Source: Eledone cirrhosa
Taxonomy: Eukaryota
Assembly: GCA_964016885.1 (NCBI GenBank)
Contig: OZ024742.1
Coordinates: 6,696,001-6,760,000 of the forward strand
Direction: 5' to 3'
DNA length: 64,000 bases
Notes under the pieces: model-generated
Databases searched by the model: none
What the model saw: the letters and a program-made list of their open reading frames with translations, nothing else
Told to the model about the DNA's origin: nothing
Part shown: positions 49,701-64,000 of the stretch, one piece after another
Numbering within the stretch: the first letter of the stretch is position 1
Layout: each line of letters begins with the position of its first letter
Translations under genes and position numbers: made by a program

Positions 49701-52700
49701 TAGTATGTGTGTAAGCACTAGTGTGTATGTAAGCACTAGTGTTTATGTAAGCACTAGTGTGTATGTAAGATCTAGTGTGTATGTAAGCACATGTGTGTGT
49801 GTAAGCTATAGTGTGTATGTAAGCACTAGTGTGTATGTAAGCACTAGTGTGTGTGTAAGAAGTTGTGTGTATGTAAGCACTAGTGTGTATGTAAGCACTA
49901 GTGTGTATGTAAGCACTAGTGTGTATGTAAGCACGAGTGTGTATGTAAGCACTAGAGTGTATGTAAGCACTAGTGTGTGTGTAAGCAGTAGTGTGTATGT
50001 AAGCAGTAGTGTGTATGTAAGGACTAGTGTGTATGTAAGCAGTAGTGTGTATGTAAGCACTATTGTGTATGTAAGCTCTAGTGTGTGTGTAATATCTAGT
50101 GTGTACGTAAGCACTAGTGTGTGTGTAAGCAGTAGTGTGTATGTAAGCACTAGTGTGTATGTAAGCACGAGTGTGTGTGTAAGCAGTAGTGTGTATGTAA
50201 GAAGTAGTGTGTGCGTAAGCACTAATGTTTATGTAAGCAGTAGTGTGTATGTAAGCAGTAGTGTGTATGTAAGCTATAGTGTGTATGTAAGCACTAGTGT
50301 GTGTGTAAGAAGTAGTGTGTATGTAAGCAGTAGTGTGTATGTAAGCACTAGTGTGTATGTAAGCAGTAGTGTGTATGTAAGCTATAGTGTGTATGTAAGC
50401 ACTAGTGTGTATGTAAGCAGTAGTGTGTATGTAAGCTATAGTGTGTGTGTAAGCACTAGTGTGTATGTAAGCAGTAGTGTGTATGTAAGCACTAGTGTGT
50501 ATGTAAGCAGTAGAGTGTATGTAAGCTATAGTGTGTATGTAAGCACTAGTGTGTGTGTAAGCAGTAGTGTGTATGTAAGCACTAGTTTGTATGTAAGCAG
50601 AAGTGTGTATGTAAGCACTAGTGTGTATGTAAGCACTAGTGAGTATGTAAGCAGTAGTGTGTATGTAAGCACTAGTGTGTATGTAAGCAGTAGTGTGTAT
50701 GTAAGCTATAGTGTGTATGTAAGCACTAGTGTGTGTGTAAGCAGTAGTGTGTATGTAAGCACTAGTGTGTATGTAAGCACGAGTGTGTGTGTAAGCAATA
50801 GTGTGTATGTAAGCAGTAGCGTGTATGTAAGCACTAGTGTGTATGTAAGCACGAGTCTGTGTGTAAGCAGTAGTGTGTATGTAAGCAGTAGTGTGTATGT
50901 AAGCTGTAGTGTGTATGTAAGCAGTAGTGTGTATGTAAGCACTAGTGTGTATGTAAGATCTAGTGTGTGTGTAAGCAGTAGTGTGTATGTAAGCACTAGT
51001 GTGTATGTAAGCACTAGTGTGTATGTAAGCAGTAGTGTGTTTGTAAACACTAGTGTGTATGTAAGCACTAGAGTGTATGTAAGCACTAGTGTGTGTGTAA
51101 GCAGTAGTGTGTATGCAAGCTCTAGTGTGTGTGTAAGCAGTAGTGTGTATGTAAATTCTAGTGCGTATGTAAGCACTAGTGTGTGTGTAAGCACTAGTGT
51201 GTATGTAAGTACTAGTGTGTATGTAAGCAGTAGTGTGTATGTAAGCTCTAGTGTGTGTGTAAGCAGTAGTGTGTATGTAAATTCTAGTGGGTATGTAAGC
51301 ACTAGTGTGTGTGTAAGCACTAGTGTGTATGTAAGCACTAGTGTGTATGTAAGCACTAGTGTGTGTGTAAGCACTAGTGTGTATGTAAGCAGTAGTGTGT
51401 ATGTAAGCACTAGTGTGTATGTAAGCAGTAGTGTGTATGTAAGCTCTAGTGTGTGTGTAAGCAGTAGTGTGTATGTAAATTCTAGTGGGTATGTAAGCAC
51501 TAGTGTGTGTGTAAGCACTAGTGTGTATGTAAGCACTAGTGTGTATGTAAGCACTAGTGTGTGTGTAAGCACTAGTGTGTATGTAAGCAGTAGTGTGTAT
51601 GTAAGCACTAGTGTGTATGTAAGCAGTAGTGTGTATGTAAGCTCTAGTGTGTGTGTAAGCAGTAGTGTGTATGTAAATTCTAGTGGGTATGTAAGCACTA
51701 GTGTGTGTGTAAGCACTAGTGTGTATGTAAGCACTAGTGTGTATGTAAGCACTAGTGTGTATGTAAGCACTAGTGTGTATGTAAGCACTAGTGTGTGTGT
51801 AAGCACTAGTGTGTATGTAAGCAGTAGTGTGTATGTAAGCAGTAGTGTGTACGTAAGCAATAGTGTGTGTGTAAGCAGTAGTGTGTATGTAAGCACTAGT
51901 GTGTATGTAAGCAGTAGTGTGTATGTAAGCACTAGTGTGTGTGTAAGCAGTAGTGTGTATGTAAGCACTAGTGTGTATATAAGCAGTAGTGTGTATTTAA
52001 GCACTAGTGTGTATGTAAGCAGTAGTGTGTATGTAAGCACTAGTGTGTATATAAGCAGTAGTGTGTATGTAAGCACTAGTGTGTATGTAAGCACTAGTGT
52101 GTATGTAAGCACTAGTATGTATATAAGCAGTAGTGTGTATGTAAGCACTAGTGTGTATGTAAGCACTAGTGTGTATGTAAGCACTAGTATGTATATAAGC
52201 AGTAGTGTGTATGTAAGCACTAGTGTGTATGTAACCACTAGTGTGTATGTAAGCACTAGTGTTTATGTAAGCACTAGTGTTTATGTAAGCACTAGTGTGT
52301 ATGTAAGCACTAGTGTGTATGTAAGCAGTAGTGTGTATGTAAGCACTAGTGTTTATGTAAGCACTAGTGTGTATGTAAGCACTAGTGTGTATGTAAGCAC
52401 TAGTATGTATATAAGCAGTAGTGTGTATGTAAGCACTAGTGTGTATGTAAGCACTAGTGTGTATGTAAGCACTAGTATGTATATAAGCAGTAGTGTGTAT
52501 GTAAGCACTAGTGTGTATGTAACCACTAGTGTGTATGTAAGCACTAGTGTTTATGTAAGCACTAGTGTTTATGTAAGCACTAGTGTGTATGTAAGCACTA
52601 GTGTGTATGTAAGCAGTAGTGTGTATGTAAGCACTAGTGTTTATGTAAGCACTAGAGTGTATGTAAGCAATAGTGTGTATGTAAGCAGTAGTGTGTATGT

Positions 52701-55700
52701 AAGCACTAGTGTTTATGTAAGCACTAGTGTGTATGTAAGCACTAGTGTGTATGTAAGCACTAGTGTGTATGTAAGCACTAGTGTGTGTGTAAGCAATAAT
52801 GTGTATGTAAGAACGAGTGTGTGTGTAAGCAGTAGTGTGTATGTAAACACTAGTGTGTATGTAAGCACTAGTGTGTATGTAAGCACTAGTGTGTATGTAA
52901 GCACTAGTGTGTATGTAAGCACTAGTGTGTATGGAAGCACTAGTGTGTGTGTAAGCAATAATGTGTATGTAAGAACGAGTGTGTGTGTAAGCAGTAGTGT
53001 GTATGTAAGCACTAGTGTGTATGTAAGCACTAGTGTGTATGTAAGCACTAGTGTGTATGTAATCACTAGTGTGTATGTAAGCACTAGTGTGTATGTAAGC
53101 ACTAGTGTGTGTGTAAGCAATAATGTGTATGTAAGAACGAGTGTGTGTGTAAGCAGTAGTGTGTATGTAAGCACTAGTGTGTATGTAAGCACTAGTGTCT
53201 ATGTAAGCAGTAGTGTGTATGTAAGCACTAGTGTTTATGTAAGCACTAGTGTGTATGTAAGCAGTAGTGTGTGTGTAAGCAGTAGTGTGTATGTAAGCAA
53301 TAGTGTGTATGTAAGCACGAGTGTGTATGTAATCACGAGTGTGTATGTAAGCACTAGTGTGTATGTAAGCACTAGTGTGTGTGTAAGCAGTAGTGTGTAT
53401 GTAAGCACGAGTGTGTATGTAAGCACGAGTGTGTGTGTAAGCAGTAGTGTGTATGTAAGCAGTAGTGTGTATGTAAGCACTAGTGTGTATGTAAGCACGA
53501 GTGTATATGTAAGCACTAGTGTGTATGTAAGCACTAGTGTTTATGTAAGCAGTAGTGTGTATGTAAGCACTAGTGTGTGTGTAAGCAGTAGTGTGTATGT
53601 AAGCAGTAGTGTATATGTAAGCACTAGTGTGTATGTAAGCACTACTGTGTATGTAAGCAGTAGTGTGTATGTAAGCAGTAGTGTTTATGTAAGCACTAGT
53701 GTGTGTGTAAGCACTAGTGTGTATGTAAGCACTAGTGTGTGTGTAAGCACTAGTGTGTATGTAAGCACTAGTGTATATGTAATCACTAGTGTATGTGTAA
53801 GCTCTAGTGTGTGTAAGCACTAGTATGTATGACAGCTCTAGTGTGTATGTAAGCACTAGTATGTGTGTAAGCACTAGTGTGTGTGTAAGCACTAGTGTGT
53901 ATGTAAGCACTGGTGTGTATGTAAGCACTAGTATGTATGTGAGCACTAGTGTGTGTATAACCACTAGTGTGTATGTAAGCATCAGTATGTGTGTAAGCAC
54001 TAGTGTTTATGTAAGCACTAGTGTGTATGTAAGCAGTAGTGTGTATGTAAGCATTAGTGTGTGTGTACGCAGTAGTGTGTATGTAAGCTCTAGTGTGTAT
54101 GTAAGCACGAGTGTGTGTGTGTAAGCAGTAGTGTATGTAAGCAGTAGTGTGTATGTAAGCACTAGTGTGTATGTAAGCACGAGTGTGTGTGTAAGCACTA
54201 GTGTGTATGTAAGCAGTAGTGTTTACGTAACCACTAGTGTGTGTGTAAGCAGTAGTGTGTATGTAAGCACTAGTGTGTATGTAAGCACTAGTGTGTATGT
54301 AAGGACTAGTGTGTATGTAAGCAGTAGTGTGTATGTAAGCACTAGTGTGTGTGTAAGCAGTAGTGTGTATGTAAGCACTAGTGTGTGTGTAAGCACTAGT
54401 GTGTATGTAAGCACTAGTGTGTATGTAAGCAGTAGTGTGTGTGTAAGCACTAGTGTTTATGTAAGCACTAGTGGGTATGTAAGCACTAGTGTGTATGTAA
54501 GCAGTAGTGTGTGTGTAAGCACTAGTGTGTATGTAAGCACTAGTGGGTATGTAAGCACTAGTGTATATGTAATCACTAGTGTGTGTGTAAGCTCTAGTGT
54601 GTGTAAGCACTAGTATGTATGTCAGCTGTAGTGAGTATGTAAGCACTACAGTGTGTGTAAGCACTAGTGTGTGTGTAAGCACTAGTGTGTATGTAAGCAC
54701 AGGTGTGTATGTAAGCACTAGTATGTATGTGAGCACTAGTATGTGTATAACCACTAGTGTGTATGTAAGCATTAGTATGTGTGTAAGCACTAGTGTTTAT
54801 GTAAGCACTAGTGTGTATGTAAGATCTAGTTTGTATGTAAGCACTAGTGTGTGTGTGTAAGCAGTAGTGTGTGTGTAAGCAGTAGTGTGTATGTAAGGAC
54901 GAGTGTGTATGTAAGCAGTAGTGTGTATGTAAGCACTATTGTGTATGTAAGCTCTAGTGTGTGTGTAAGCACTAGTGTGTGTGTAAGCAGTAGTGTGTAT
55001 GTAAGGTCTAGTGTGTGTGTAAGCAGTAGTGTGTATGTAATTTCTAGTGGGTATGTAAGCACTAGTGTGTGTGTAAGCACTAGTGTGTATGTAAGCACTA
55101 GTGTGTGTGTAAGATCTAGTGTGTATGTAAGCACTAGTGTGTATGTAAGCACTAGTGTGTATGTAAGCACTAGTGTGTATGTAAGATCTAGTGTGTATGT
55201 AAGCACTAGTGTGTATGTAAGCACTAGTGTGTATGTAAGCAGTAGTGTGTGTGTAAGCACTAGTGTTTATGTAAACACTAGTTTGTATGTAAGCACTAGT
55301 GTTTATGTAAGCACTAGTGTGTATGTAAGCACTAGTGTGTATGTAAGCACTAGTGTGTGTGTAGGCAGTAGTGTGTATGTAAGCAGTAGTGTGTATGTAA
55401 GCACTAGTGTGTATGTAAGATCTAGTGTGTATGTAAGCAGTAGTGTGTGTGTAAGCACTAGTGTTTATGTAAGCACTAGTGTGTATGAAAGCAGTTGTGT
55501 GTATGTAAGCAGTAGTGTGTGTGTAAGCACTAGTGTTTATGTAAGCACTATTTTGTATGTAACCACGAGTGTGTCTGTAAGCAGTAGTGTGTATGTAAGC
55601 AGTAGTGTGTATGTAAGCACTAGTGTGTATGTAAGCACTAGTGTGTGTGTAAGCACTAGTGTGTATGTAAGCACTAGTGTGTATGTAAGCACTAGTGAGT

Positions 55701-58700
55701 ATGTAAGCACTAGTGTGTATGTAAGCACTAGTATGTGTGTAAGGAGTAGTGTGTATGTAAGCTCTAGTGTGTGTGTAAGCACTAGTGTGTATGTAAGCAC
55801 TAGTGTGTATGTAAGCACTAGTGTGTGTGTAAGCACTAGTGTGTGTGTAAGCACTAGTGTGTATGTAAGCACTAGTGTGTATGTAAGCACTAGTGTGTGT
55901 GTAAGCACTAGTGTGTATGTAAGCACTAGTGTGTATGTAAGCACTAGTGTGTATGTAAGCACTAGTATGTGTGTAAGCACTAGTGTGTATGTCAGCTCTA
56001 GTGTGTATGTAAGCTCTAGTGTGTGTGTAAGCACTAGTGTGTATGTAAGCACTAGTGTGTATGTAAGCAGTAGTGTGTATGTAAGCACTAGTGTGTATGT
56101 AAGCACTAGTGTGTATGTAACCACTAGTGTGTATGTAAGCAGTAGTGTGTATGTAAGCAATAGTGTGTATGTAAGCAGTAGTGTGTATGTAAGCACTAGT
56201 GTGTATGTAAGCTCTAGTGTGTGTGTAAGCAGTAGTGTGTATGTAAGCAATAGTATATATGTAAGCAGTAGTGTGTATGTAAGCACTAGTGTGTGTGTAA
56301 GCACTAGTGTGTATGTAAGCACTATTGTGTGTGTAAGCAGTAGTGTGTATGTAAGATCTAGTGTGTATGTAAGCAGTAGTGTGTCTGTAAGCACTAGTGT
56401 GTATGTATCACTAGTGTGTATGTAAGAAACTAGTGTGTATGTAAGCACTAGTGTGTCTGTAAGCACTAGTGTGTATGTAAGCACTAGTATGTGTGTAAGC
56501 ACTAGTGTGTATGTAAGCACTAGTGTGTATGTAAGCTCTAATGTGTATGTAAGCACTAGTGTGTATGTAAGCACTAGTGGGTATGTAAGCACTAGTGTGT
56601 GTGTAAGCACTAGTGTGTATGTAAGCACTAGTGTGTATGTAAGCACTAGTGTGTATGTAAGCACTAGTATGTGTGTAAGCAGTAGTGTGTATGTAAGCAG
56701 TAGTGTGTATGTAAGCACTAGTGTGTATGTAAGATCTAGTGTGTATGTAAGCAGTAGTGTGTGTGTAAGCACTAGTGTTTATGTAAGCACTAGTGTGTAT
56801 GTAAGCAGTTGTGTGTATGTAAGCAGTAGTGTGTGTGTAAGCACTAGTGTTTATGTAAGCACTAGTGTGTATGTAAGCACTAGTGGGTATGTAAGCACTA
56901 GTATGTGTGTAAGCACTAGTGTGTATGTAAGCTCTAGTGTGTATGTAAGCTCTAGCGTGTGTGTAAGCACTAGTGTGTATGTAAGCACTAGTGTGTATGT
57001 AAGCACTAGTGTGTGTGTAAGCACTAGTGTGTATGTAAGCACTAGTGTGTGTGTAAGCACTAGTGTTTATGTAAGCACTAGTGTGTATGTAAGATCTAGT
57101 GTGTATGTAAGCACTAGTGTGTGTGTAAGCAGTAGTGTGTGTGTAAGCAGTAGTGTGTATGTAAGGACTAGTGTGTATGTAAGCAGTAGTGTGTATGTAA
57201 GCACTATTGTGTATGTAAGCTCTAGTGTGTGTGTAAGCACTAGTGTGTGTGTAAGCAGTAGTGTGTATGTAAGCTCAAGTGTGTGTGTAAGCAGTAGTGT
57301 GTATGTAATTTCTAGTGGGTATGTAAGCACTAGTGTGTGTGTAAGCACTAGTGTGTATGTAAGCACTAGTGTGTGTGTAAGATCTAGTGTGCATGTAAGC
57401 ACTAGTGTGTATGTGAGATCTAGTGTGTATGTAAGCACTAGTGTGTATGTAAGATCTAGTGTGTATGTAAGCACTAGTGTGTATGTAAGCACTACTGTGT
57501 ATGTAAGCAGTAGTGTGTGTGTAAGCACTAGTGTTTATGTAAACACTAGTGTGTATGTAAGCACTAGTGTTTATGTAAGCACTAGTGTGTATGTAAGCAC
57601 TAGTGTGTATTTAAGCACTAGTGTGTGTGTAAGCAGTAGTGTGTATGTAAGCAGTAGTGTGTATGTAAGCACTAGTGTGTATGTAAGATCTAGTGTGTAT
57701 GTAAGCAGTTGTGTGTATGTAAGCAGTAGTGTGTGTGTAAGCACTAGTGTTTATGTAAGCACTAGTGTGTATGTAAGCACTAGTGGGTATGTAAGCACTA
57801 GTGTGTGTGTAAGCACTAGTGTGTATGTAAGCACTAGTGTGTATGTAAGCACTAGTGTGTATGTAAGCACTAGTATGTGTGTAAGCACTAGTGTGTATGT
57901 AAGCTCTAGTGTGTGTGTAAGCACTAGTGTGTATGTAAGCACTAGTGTGCATGTAAGCACTTGTGTGTGTGTAAGCACTAGTGTGTATGTAAGTAATAGT
58001 GTGTATGTAAGCACTAGTGTGTATGTAAGCACTAGTATGTGTGTAAGCACTAGTGTGTATGTGAGCACTAGTGTGTATGTAAGCACTAGTGTGTATGAAA
58101 GCACTAGTGTGTGTGTATGCACTAGTGTGTATGTAAGCACTAGTGTGTCTGTAAGCACTAGTGTGTATGTAAGCACTAGTATGTGTGTAAGCACTAGTGT
58201 GTATGTAAGCTCTAGTGTGTATGTAAGCACTAGTGTGTATGTAAGCACTAGTATGTGTGTAAGCACTAGTGTGTATGTAAGCACTAGTATGTGTGTAAGC
58301 ACTAGTGTGTGTGTAAGCACTAGTGTGTATGTAAGCACTAGTGTGTATGTAAGCACTTGTGTGTGTGTAAGCACTAGTGTGTATGTAAGTACTAGTGTGT
58401 ATGTAAGCACTAGTGTGTATGTAAGCACTAGTATGTGTGTAAGCACTAGTGTGTATGTGAGCACTAGTGTGTATGTAAGCACTAGTGTGTATGTAAGCTC
58501 TAGTGTGTATGTAAGCACTAGTGTGTATGTAAGCACTAGTGTGTATGTAAGCACTAGTGTGTATGTAAGCACTAGTATGTGTGTAAGCACTAGTGTGTAT
58601 GTAAGCTCTAGTGTGTGTGTGAACACTAGTGTGTCTGTAAGCACTAGTGTGTATGTAAGCACTAGTGTGTGTGTAAGCACTAGTGTGTATGTAAACACTA

Positions 58701-61700
58701 GTGTGTGTGTAAGCACTAGTGTGTATGTAAGCACTAGTGTGTATGTAAGCACTAGTGTGTATGTAAGCACTAGTATGTGTGTAAGCACTTGTGTGTATGT
58801 AAGTTCTAGTGTGTATGTAAGCTCTAGTGTGTGTGTAAGCACTAGCGTGTATGTAAGCACTAGTGTGTATGTAAGCACTAGTGTGTGTGTAAGCACTAGT
58901 GTGTATGTAAGCACTAGTGTGTCTGTAAGCACTAGTGTGTATGTAAGCACTAGTATGTGTTTAAGCACTAGTGTGTATGTAAGCTCTAGTGTGTATGTAA
59001 GCACTAGTGTGTATGTAAGCACTAGTATGTGTGTAAGCACTAGTGTGTATGTAAGCACTAGTATGTGTGTAAGCACTAGTGTGTATGTAAGCTCTAGTGT
59101 GTATGTAAGCACTAGTGTGTATGTAAGCACTAGTGTGTATGTAAGCACTAGTGTGTATGTAAGCACTAGTATGTGTGGAAGCACTAGTGTGTATGTAAGC
59201 TCTAGTGTGTGTGTAAACACTAGTGTGTCTGTAAGCACTAGTGTGTATGTAAGCACTAGTGTGTGTGTAAGCACTAGTGTGTATGAAAGCACTAGTGTGT
59301 GTGTAAGCACTAGTGTGTATGTAAGCACTAGTGTGTATGTAAGCACTAGTGTGTATGTAAGCACTAGTGTGTGTGTAAGCAGTAGTGTGTATGTAAGCAG
59401 TAGTGTGTATGTAAGCACTAGTGTGTATGTAAGATCTAGTGTGTATGTAAGCAGTAGTGTGTGTGTAAGCACTAGTGTGTATGTAAGCACTAGTGTGTAT
59501 GTAAGCAGTAGTGTGTATGTAAGCAGTAGTGTGTATGTAAGCACTAGTGGGTATGTAAGCACTAGTGTGTATGTAACCACTAGTGTGTATGTAAGCAGTA
59601 GTGTGTATGTAACCAATAGTGTGTATGTAAGCAGTAGTGTGTATGTAAGCACTAGTGTGTATGTAAGCTCTAGTGTGTGTGTAAGCAGTAGTGTGTATGT
59701 AAGCAATAGTATATATGTAAGCAGTAGTGTGTATGTAAGCACTAGTGTGTGTGTAAGCACTAGTGTGTATGTAAGCACTAGTGTGTGTGTAAGCAGTAGT
59801 GTGTATGTAAGATCTAGTGTGTATGTAAGCAGTAGTGTGTCTGTAAGCACTAGTGTGTATGTATCACTAGTGTGAATGTAAGAAACTAGTGTGTATGTAA
59901 GCACTAGTGTGTGTGTAAGCACTAGTGTGTATGTAAGCACTAGTGTGTCTGTAAGCACTAGTGTGTATGTAAGCACTAGTATGTGTGTAAGCACTAGTGT
60001 GTATGTAAGCACTAGTGTGTATGTAAGCTCTAATGTGTATGTAAGCACTAGTGTGTATGTAAACACTAGTGGGTATGTAAGCACTAGTGTGTGTGTAAGC
60101 ACTAGTGTGTATGTAAGCACTAGTGTGTATGTAAGCACTAGTGTGTATGTAAGCACTAGTATGTGTGTTAGCACTAGTGTGTATGTAAGCTCTAGTGTGT
60201 GTGTAAGCACTAGTGTGTACGTAAGCACTAGTGTGTATGTAAGCACTTGTGTGTGTGTAAGCACTAGTGTGTATGTAAGTACTAGTGTGTATGTAAGCAC
60301 TAGTGTGTATGTAAGCACTAGTATGTGTGTAAGCACTAGTGTGTATGTGAGCTCTAGTGTGTGTGTAAGCACTAGTGTGTCTGTAAGCACTAGTGTGTAT
60401 GTAAGCACTAGTGTGTATGAAAGCACTAGTGTGTGTGTATGCACTAGTGTGTATGTAAGCACTAGTGTGTCTGTAAGCACTAGTGTGTATGTAAACACTG
60501 GTATGTGTGTAAGCACTAGTGTGTATGTAAGCTCTAGTGTGTATGTAAGCACTAGTGTGTATGTAAGCACTAGTATGTGTGTAAGCACTAGTGTGTATGT
60601 AAGCACTAGTATGTGTGTAAGCACTAGTGTGTATGTAAGCTCTAGTGTGTATGTAAGCACTAGTGTGTATGTAAGCACTAGTGTGTATGTAAGCACTAGT
60701 GTGTATGTAAGCACTAGTATGTGTGTAAGCACTAGTGTGTATGTAAGCTCTAGTGTGTGTGTAAACACTAGTGTGTCTGTAAGCACTAGTGTTTATGTAA
60801 GCACTAGTGTGTATGTAAGCACTAGTATGTGTGTAAGCACTTGTGTGTATGTAAGTTCTAGTGTGTATGTAAGCTCTAGTGTGTGTGTAAGCACTAGCGT
60901 GTATGTAAGCACTAGTGTGTATGTAAGCACTAGTGTGTATGTAAGCACTAGTATGTGTGTAAGCACTTGTGTGTATGTAAGTTCTAGTGTGTATGTAAGC
61001 TCTAGTGTGTGTGTAAGCACTAGCGTGTATGTAAGCACTAGTGTGTATGTAAGCACTAGTGTGTGTGTAAGCACTAGTGTGTATGTAAGCACTAGTGTGT
61101 ATGTAAGCACTAGTGTGTATGTAAGCACTAGTATGTGTGTAAGCACTAGTGTGTATGTAAGCTCTAGTGTGTATGTAAGCTCTAGCGTGTGTGTAAGCAC
61201 TAGTGTGTATGTAAGCACTAGTGTGTATGTAAGCACTAGTGTGTGTGTAAGCACTAGTGTGTATGTAAGCACTAGTGTGTGTGTAAGCACTAGTGTTTAT
61301 GTAAGCACTAGTGTGTATGTAAGATCTAGTGTGTATGTAAGCACTAGTGTGTGTGTAAGCAGTAGTGTGTGTGTAAGCAGTAGTGTGTATGTAAGGACTA
61401 GTGTGTATGTAAGCAGTAGTGTGTATGTAAGCACTATTGTGTATGTAAGCTCTAGTGTGTGTGTAAGCACTAGTGTGTGTGTAAGCAGTAGTGTGTATGT
61501 AAGCTCTAGTGTGTGTGTAAGCAGTAGTGTGTATGTAATTTCTAGTGGGTATGTAAGCACTAGTGTGTGTGTAAGCACTAGTGTGTATGTAAGCACTAGT
61601 GTGTGTGTAAGATCTAGTGTGCATGTAAGCACTAGTGTGTATGTGAGATCTAGTGTGTATGTAAGCACTAGTGTGTATGTAAGATCTAGTGTGTATGTAA

Positions 61701-64000
61701 GCACTAGTGTGTATGTAAGCACTACTGTGTATGTAAGCAGTAGTGTGTGTGTAAGCACTAGTGTTTATGTAAACACTAGTGTGTATGTAAGCACTAGTGT
61801 TTATGTAAGCACTAGTGTGTATGTAAGCACTAGTGTGTATTTAAGCACTAGTGTGTGTGTAAGCAGTAGTGTGTATGTAAGCAGTAGTGTGTATGTAAGC
61901 ACTAGTGTGTATGTAAGATCTAGTGTGTATGTAAGCAGTAGTGTGTGTGTAAGCACTAGTGTTTATGTAAGCACTAGTGTGTATGTAAGCAGTTGTGTGT
62001 ATGTAAGCAGTAGTGTGTGTGTAAGAACTAGTGTTTATGTAAGCACTAGTGTGTATGAAACCACGAGTGTGTGTGTAAGCAGTAGTGTGTATGTAAGCAG
62101 TAGTGTGTATGTAAGCACTAGTGTGTATGTAGGCACTAGTGTGTGTGTAAGGACTAGTGTGTATGTAAGCACTAGTGTGTATGTAAGCACTAGTGTGTAT
62201 GTAAGCATTAGTGTGTATGTAAGCACTAGTGTGTGTGTAAGCACTAGTGTGTATGTAAGCACTAGTGTGTATGTAAGCACTAGTGTGTATGTAAGCACTA
62301 GTATGTGTGTAAGCACTAGTGTGTATGTAAGCTCTAGTGTGTATGTAAGCTCTAGTGTGTGTGTAAGCACTAGTGTGTATGTAAGCACTAGTGTGTATGT
62401 AAGCACTAGTGTGTGTGTAAGCACTAGTGTGTATGTAAGCACTAGTGTGTATGTAAGCACTAGTGTGTATGTAAGCACTAGTATGTGTGTAAGCACTAGT
62501 GTGTATGTCAGCTCTAGTGTGTATGTAAGCTCTAGTGTGTGTGTAAGCACTAGTGTGTATGTAAGCACTAGTGTGTATGTAAGCAGTGGTGTGTATGTAA
62601 GCAGTAGTGTGTATGTAAGCACTAGTGTGTATGTAAGCACTAGTGTGTATGTAACCACTAGTGTGTATGTAAGCAGTAGTGTGTATGTAAGCAATAGTGT
62701 GTATGTAAGCAGTAGTGTGTATGTAAGCACTAGTGTGTATGTAAGATCTAGTGTGTGTGTAAGCAGTAGTGTGTATGTAAGCAATAGTATATATGTAAGC
62801 AGTAGTGTGTATGTAAGCACTAGTGTGTGTGTAAGCAGTAGTGTGCATGTAAGATCTAGTGTGTATGTAAGCAGTAGTGTGTCTGTAAGCACTAGTGTGT
62901 ATGTATCACTAGTGTGTATGTAAGAACTAGTGTGTATGTAAGCACTAGTGTGTCTGTAAGCACTAGTGTGTATGTAAGCACTAGTATGTGTGTAAGCACT
63001 AGTGTGTATGTAAGCACTAGTGTGTATGTAAACTCTAGTGTGTATGTAAGCACTAGTGTGTATGTAAGCACTAGTGTGTATGTAAGCACTAGTGTGTGTG
63101 TAAGCACTAGTGTGTATGTAAGCACTAGTGTGTATGTAAGCACTAGTGTGTATGTAAGCACTAGTGTGTATGTAAGCACTAGTATGTGTGTAAGCACTAG
63201 TGTGTATGTAAGTTCTAGTGTGTGTGTAAGCACTAGTGTGTATGTAAGCACTAGTGTGTATGTAAGCACTTGCGTGTGTGTAAGCACTAGTGTGTATGTA
63301 AGCACTAGTGTGTATGTAAGCACTAGTGTGTATGTAAGCACTAGTATGTGTGTAAGCACTAGTGTGTATGTAAGCTCTAATGTGTGTGTAAGCACTAGTG
63401 TGTCTGTAAGCACTAGTGTGTATGTAAGCACTAGTGTGTATGTAAGCTCTAGTGTGTGTGTAAACACTAGTGTGTCTGTAAGCACTAGTGTGTATGTAAG
63501 CACTAGTGTGTATGTAAGCACTAGTATGTGTGTAAGCACTTGTGTGTATGTAAGTTCTAGTGTGTATGTAAGCTCTAGTGTGTGTGTAAACACTAGCGTG
63601 TATGTAAGCACTAGTGTGTATGTAAGCACTAGTGTGTATGTAAGCACTAGTATGTGTGTAAGCACTTGTGTGTATGTAAGTTCTAGTGTGTATGTAAGCT
63701 CTAGTGTGTGTGTAAGCACTAGCGTGTATGTAAGCACTAGTGTGTATGTAAGCACTAGTGTGTGTGTAAGCACTAGTGTGTATGTAAGCACTAGTGTGTA
63801 TGTAAGCACTAGTGTGTATGTAAGCACTAGTATGTGTGTAAGCACTAGTGTGTATGTAAGCTCTAGTGTGTATGTAAGCTCTAGCGTGTGTGTAACCACT
63901 AGTGTGTATGTAAGCACTAGTGTGTATGTAAGCACTAGTGTGTGTGTAAGCACTAGTGTGTATGTAAGCACTAGTGTGTGTGTAAGCACTAGTGTTTATG
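43733..64000. repeat. 18-bp satellite GTGTGTATGTAAGCACTA (variants AGCAGTA, AGCTCTA), roughly 1100 units, runs off the window
   Basis: Strict 18-bp period with occasional phase slips; internal palindrome CACTAGTG. Confidence 0.98.

Noticed and set aside
43733-63989. ORFs of up to 1444 aa (VSTSVY / LTYTLV repeats)
   Set aside because: An 18-bp unit is six codons with stop-free frames on both strands; phase slips break frames at random; no unique domains

Overview
Eukaryotic, repeat-dominated DNA, most likely a cephalopod such as Octopus; this is inferred from the SINE family and the microsatellite landscape, not proven. About half the window is tandem repeat: a 20-bp CATA-type array (1.3-7.3 kb), 59-, ~19- and 30-bp minisatellites, and an 18-bp satellite filling 43.7-64 kb with higher-order duplications. 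All giant ORFs over these arrays are artefacts. The rest is nested mobile DNA: an intact single-ORF RTE-clade LINE (25.2-28.5 kb, minus), a near full-length frameshifted Tx1/L1-clade LINE (35.8-41.5 kb), a decayed R4/Dong-type RLE retrotransposon (two copies, both in CATA repeats), a decayed Helitron, tRNA-derived SINEs, small MITEs and a cluster of Penelope-like elements (PLEs) from apparently three lineages (14.4-21.3 kb). The most striking structures are a 2.8-kb near-perfect palindrome of two head-to-head 5'-truncated GIY-YIG PLE copies joined by an 11-nt loop that lies inside the native reading frame (a snap-back priming signature), and roughly ten minimal hammerhead-ribozyme motifs, several with palindromic stem III. 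One candidate host exon (poly-Asn, 42840-43058, minus) was found.
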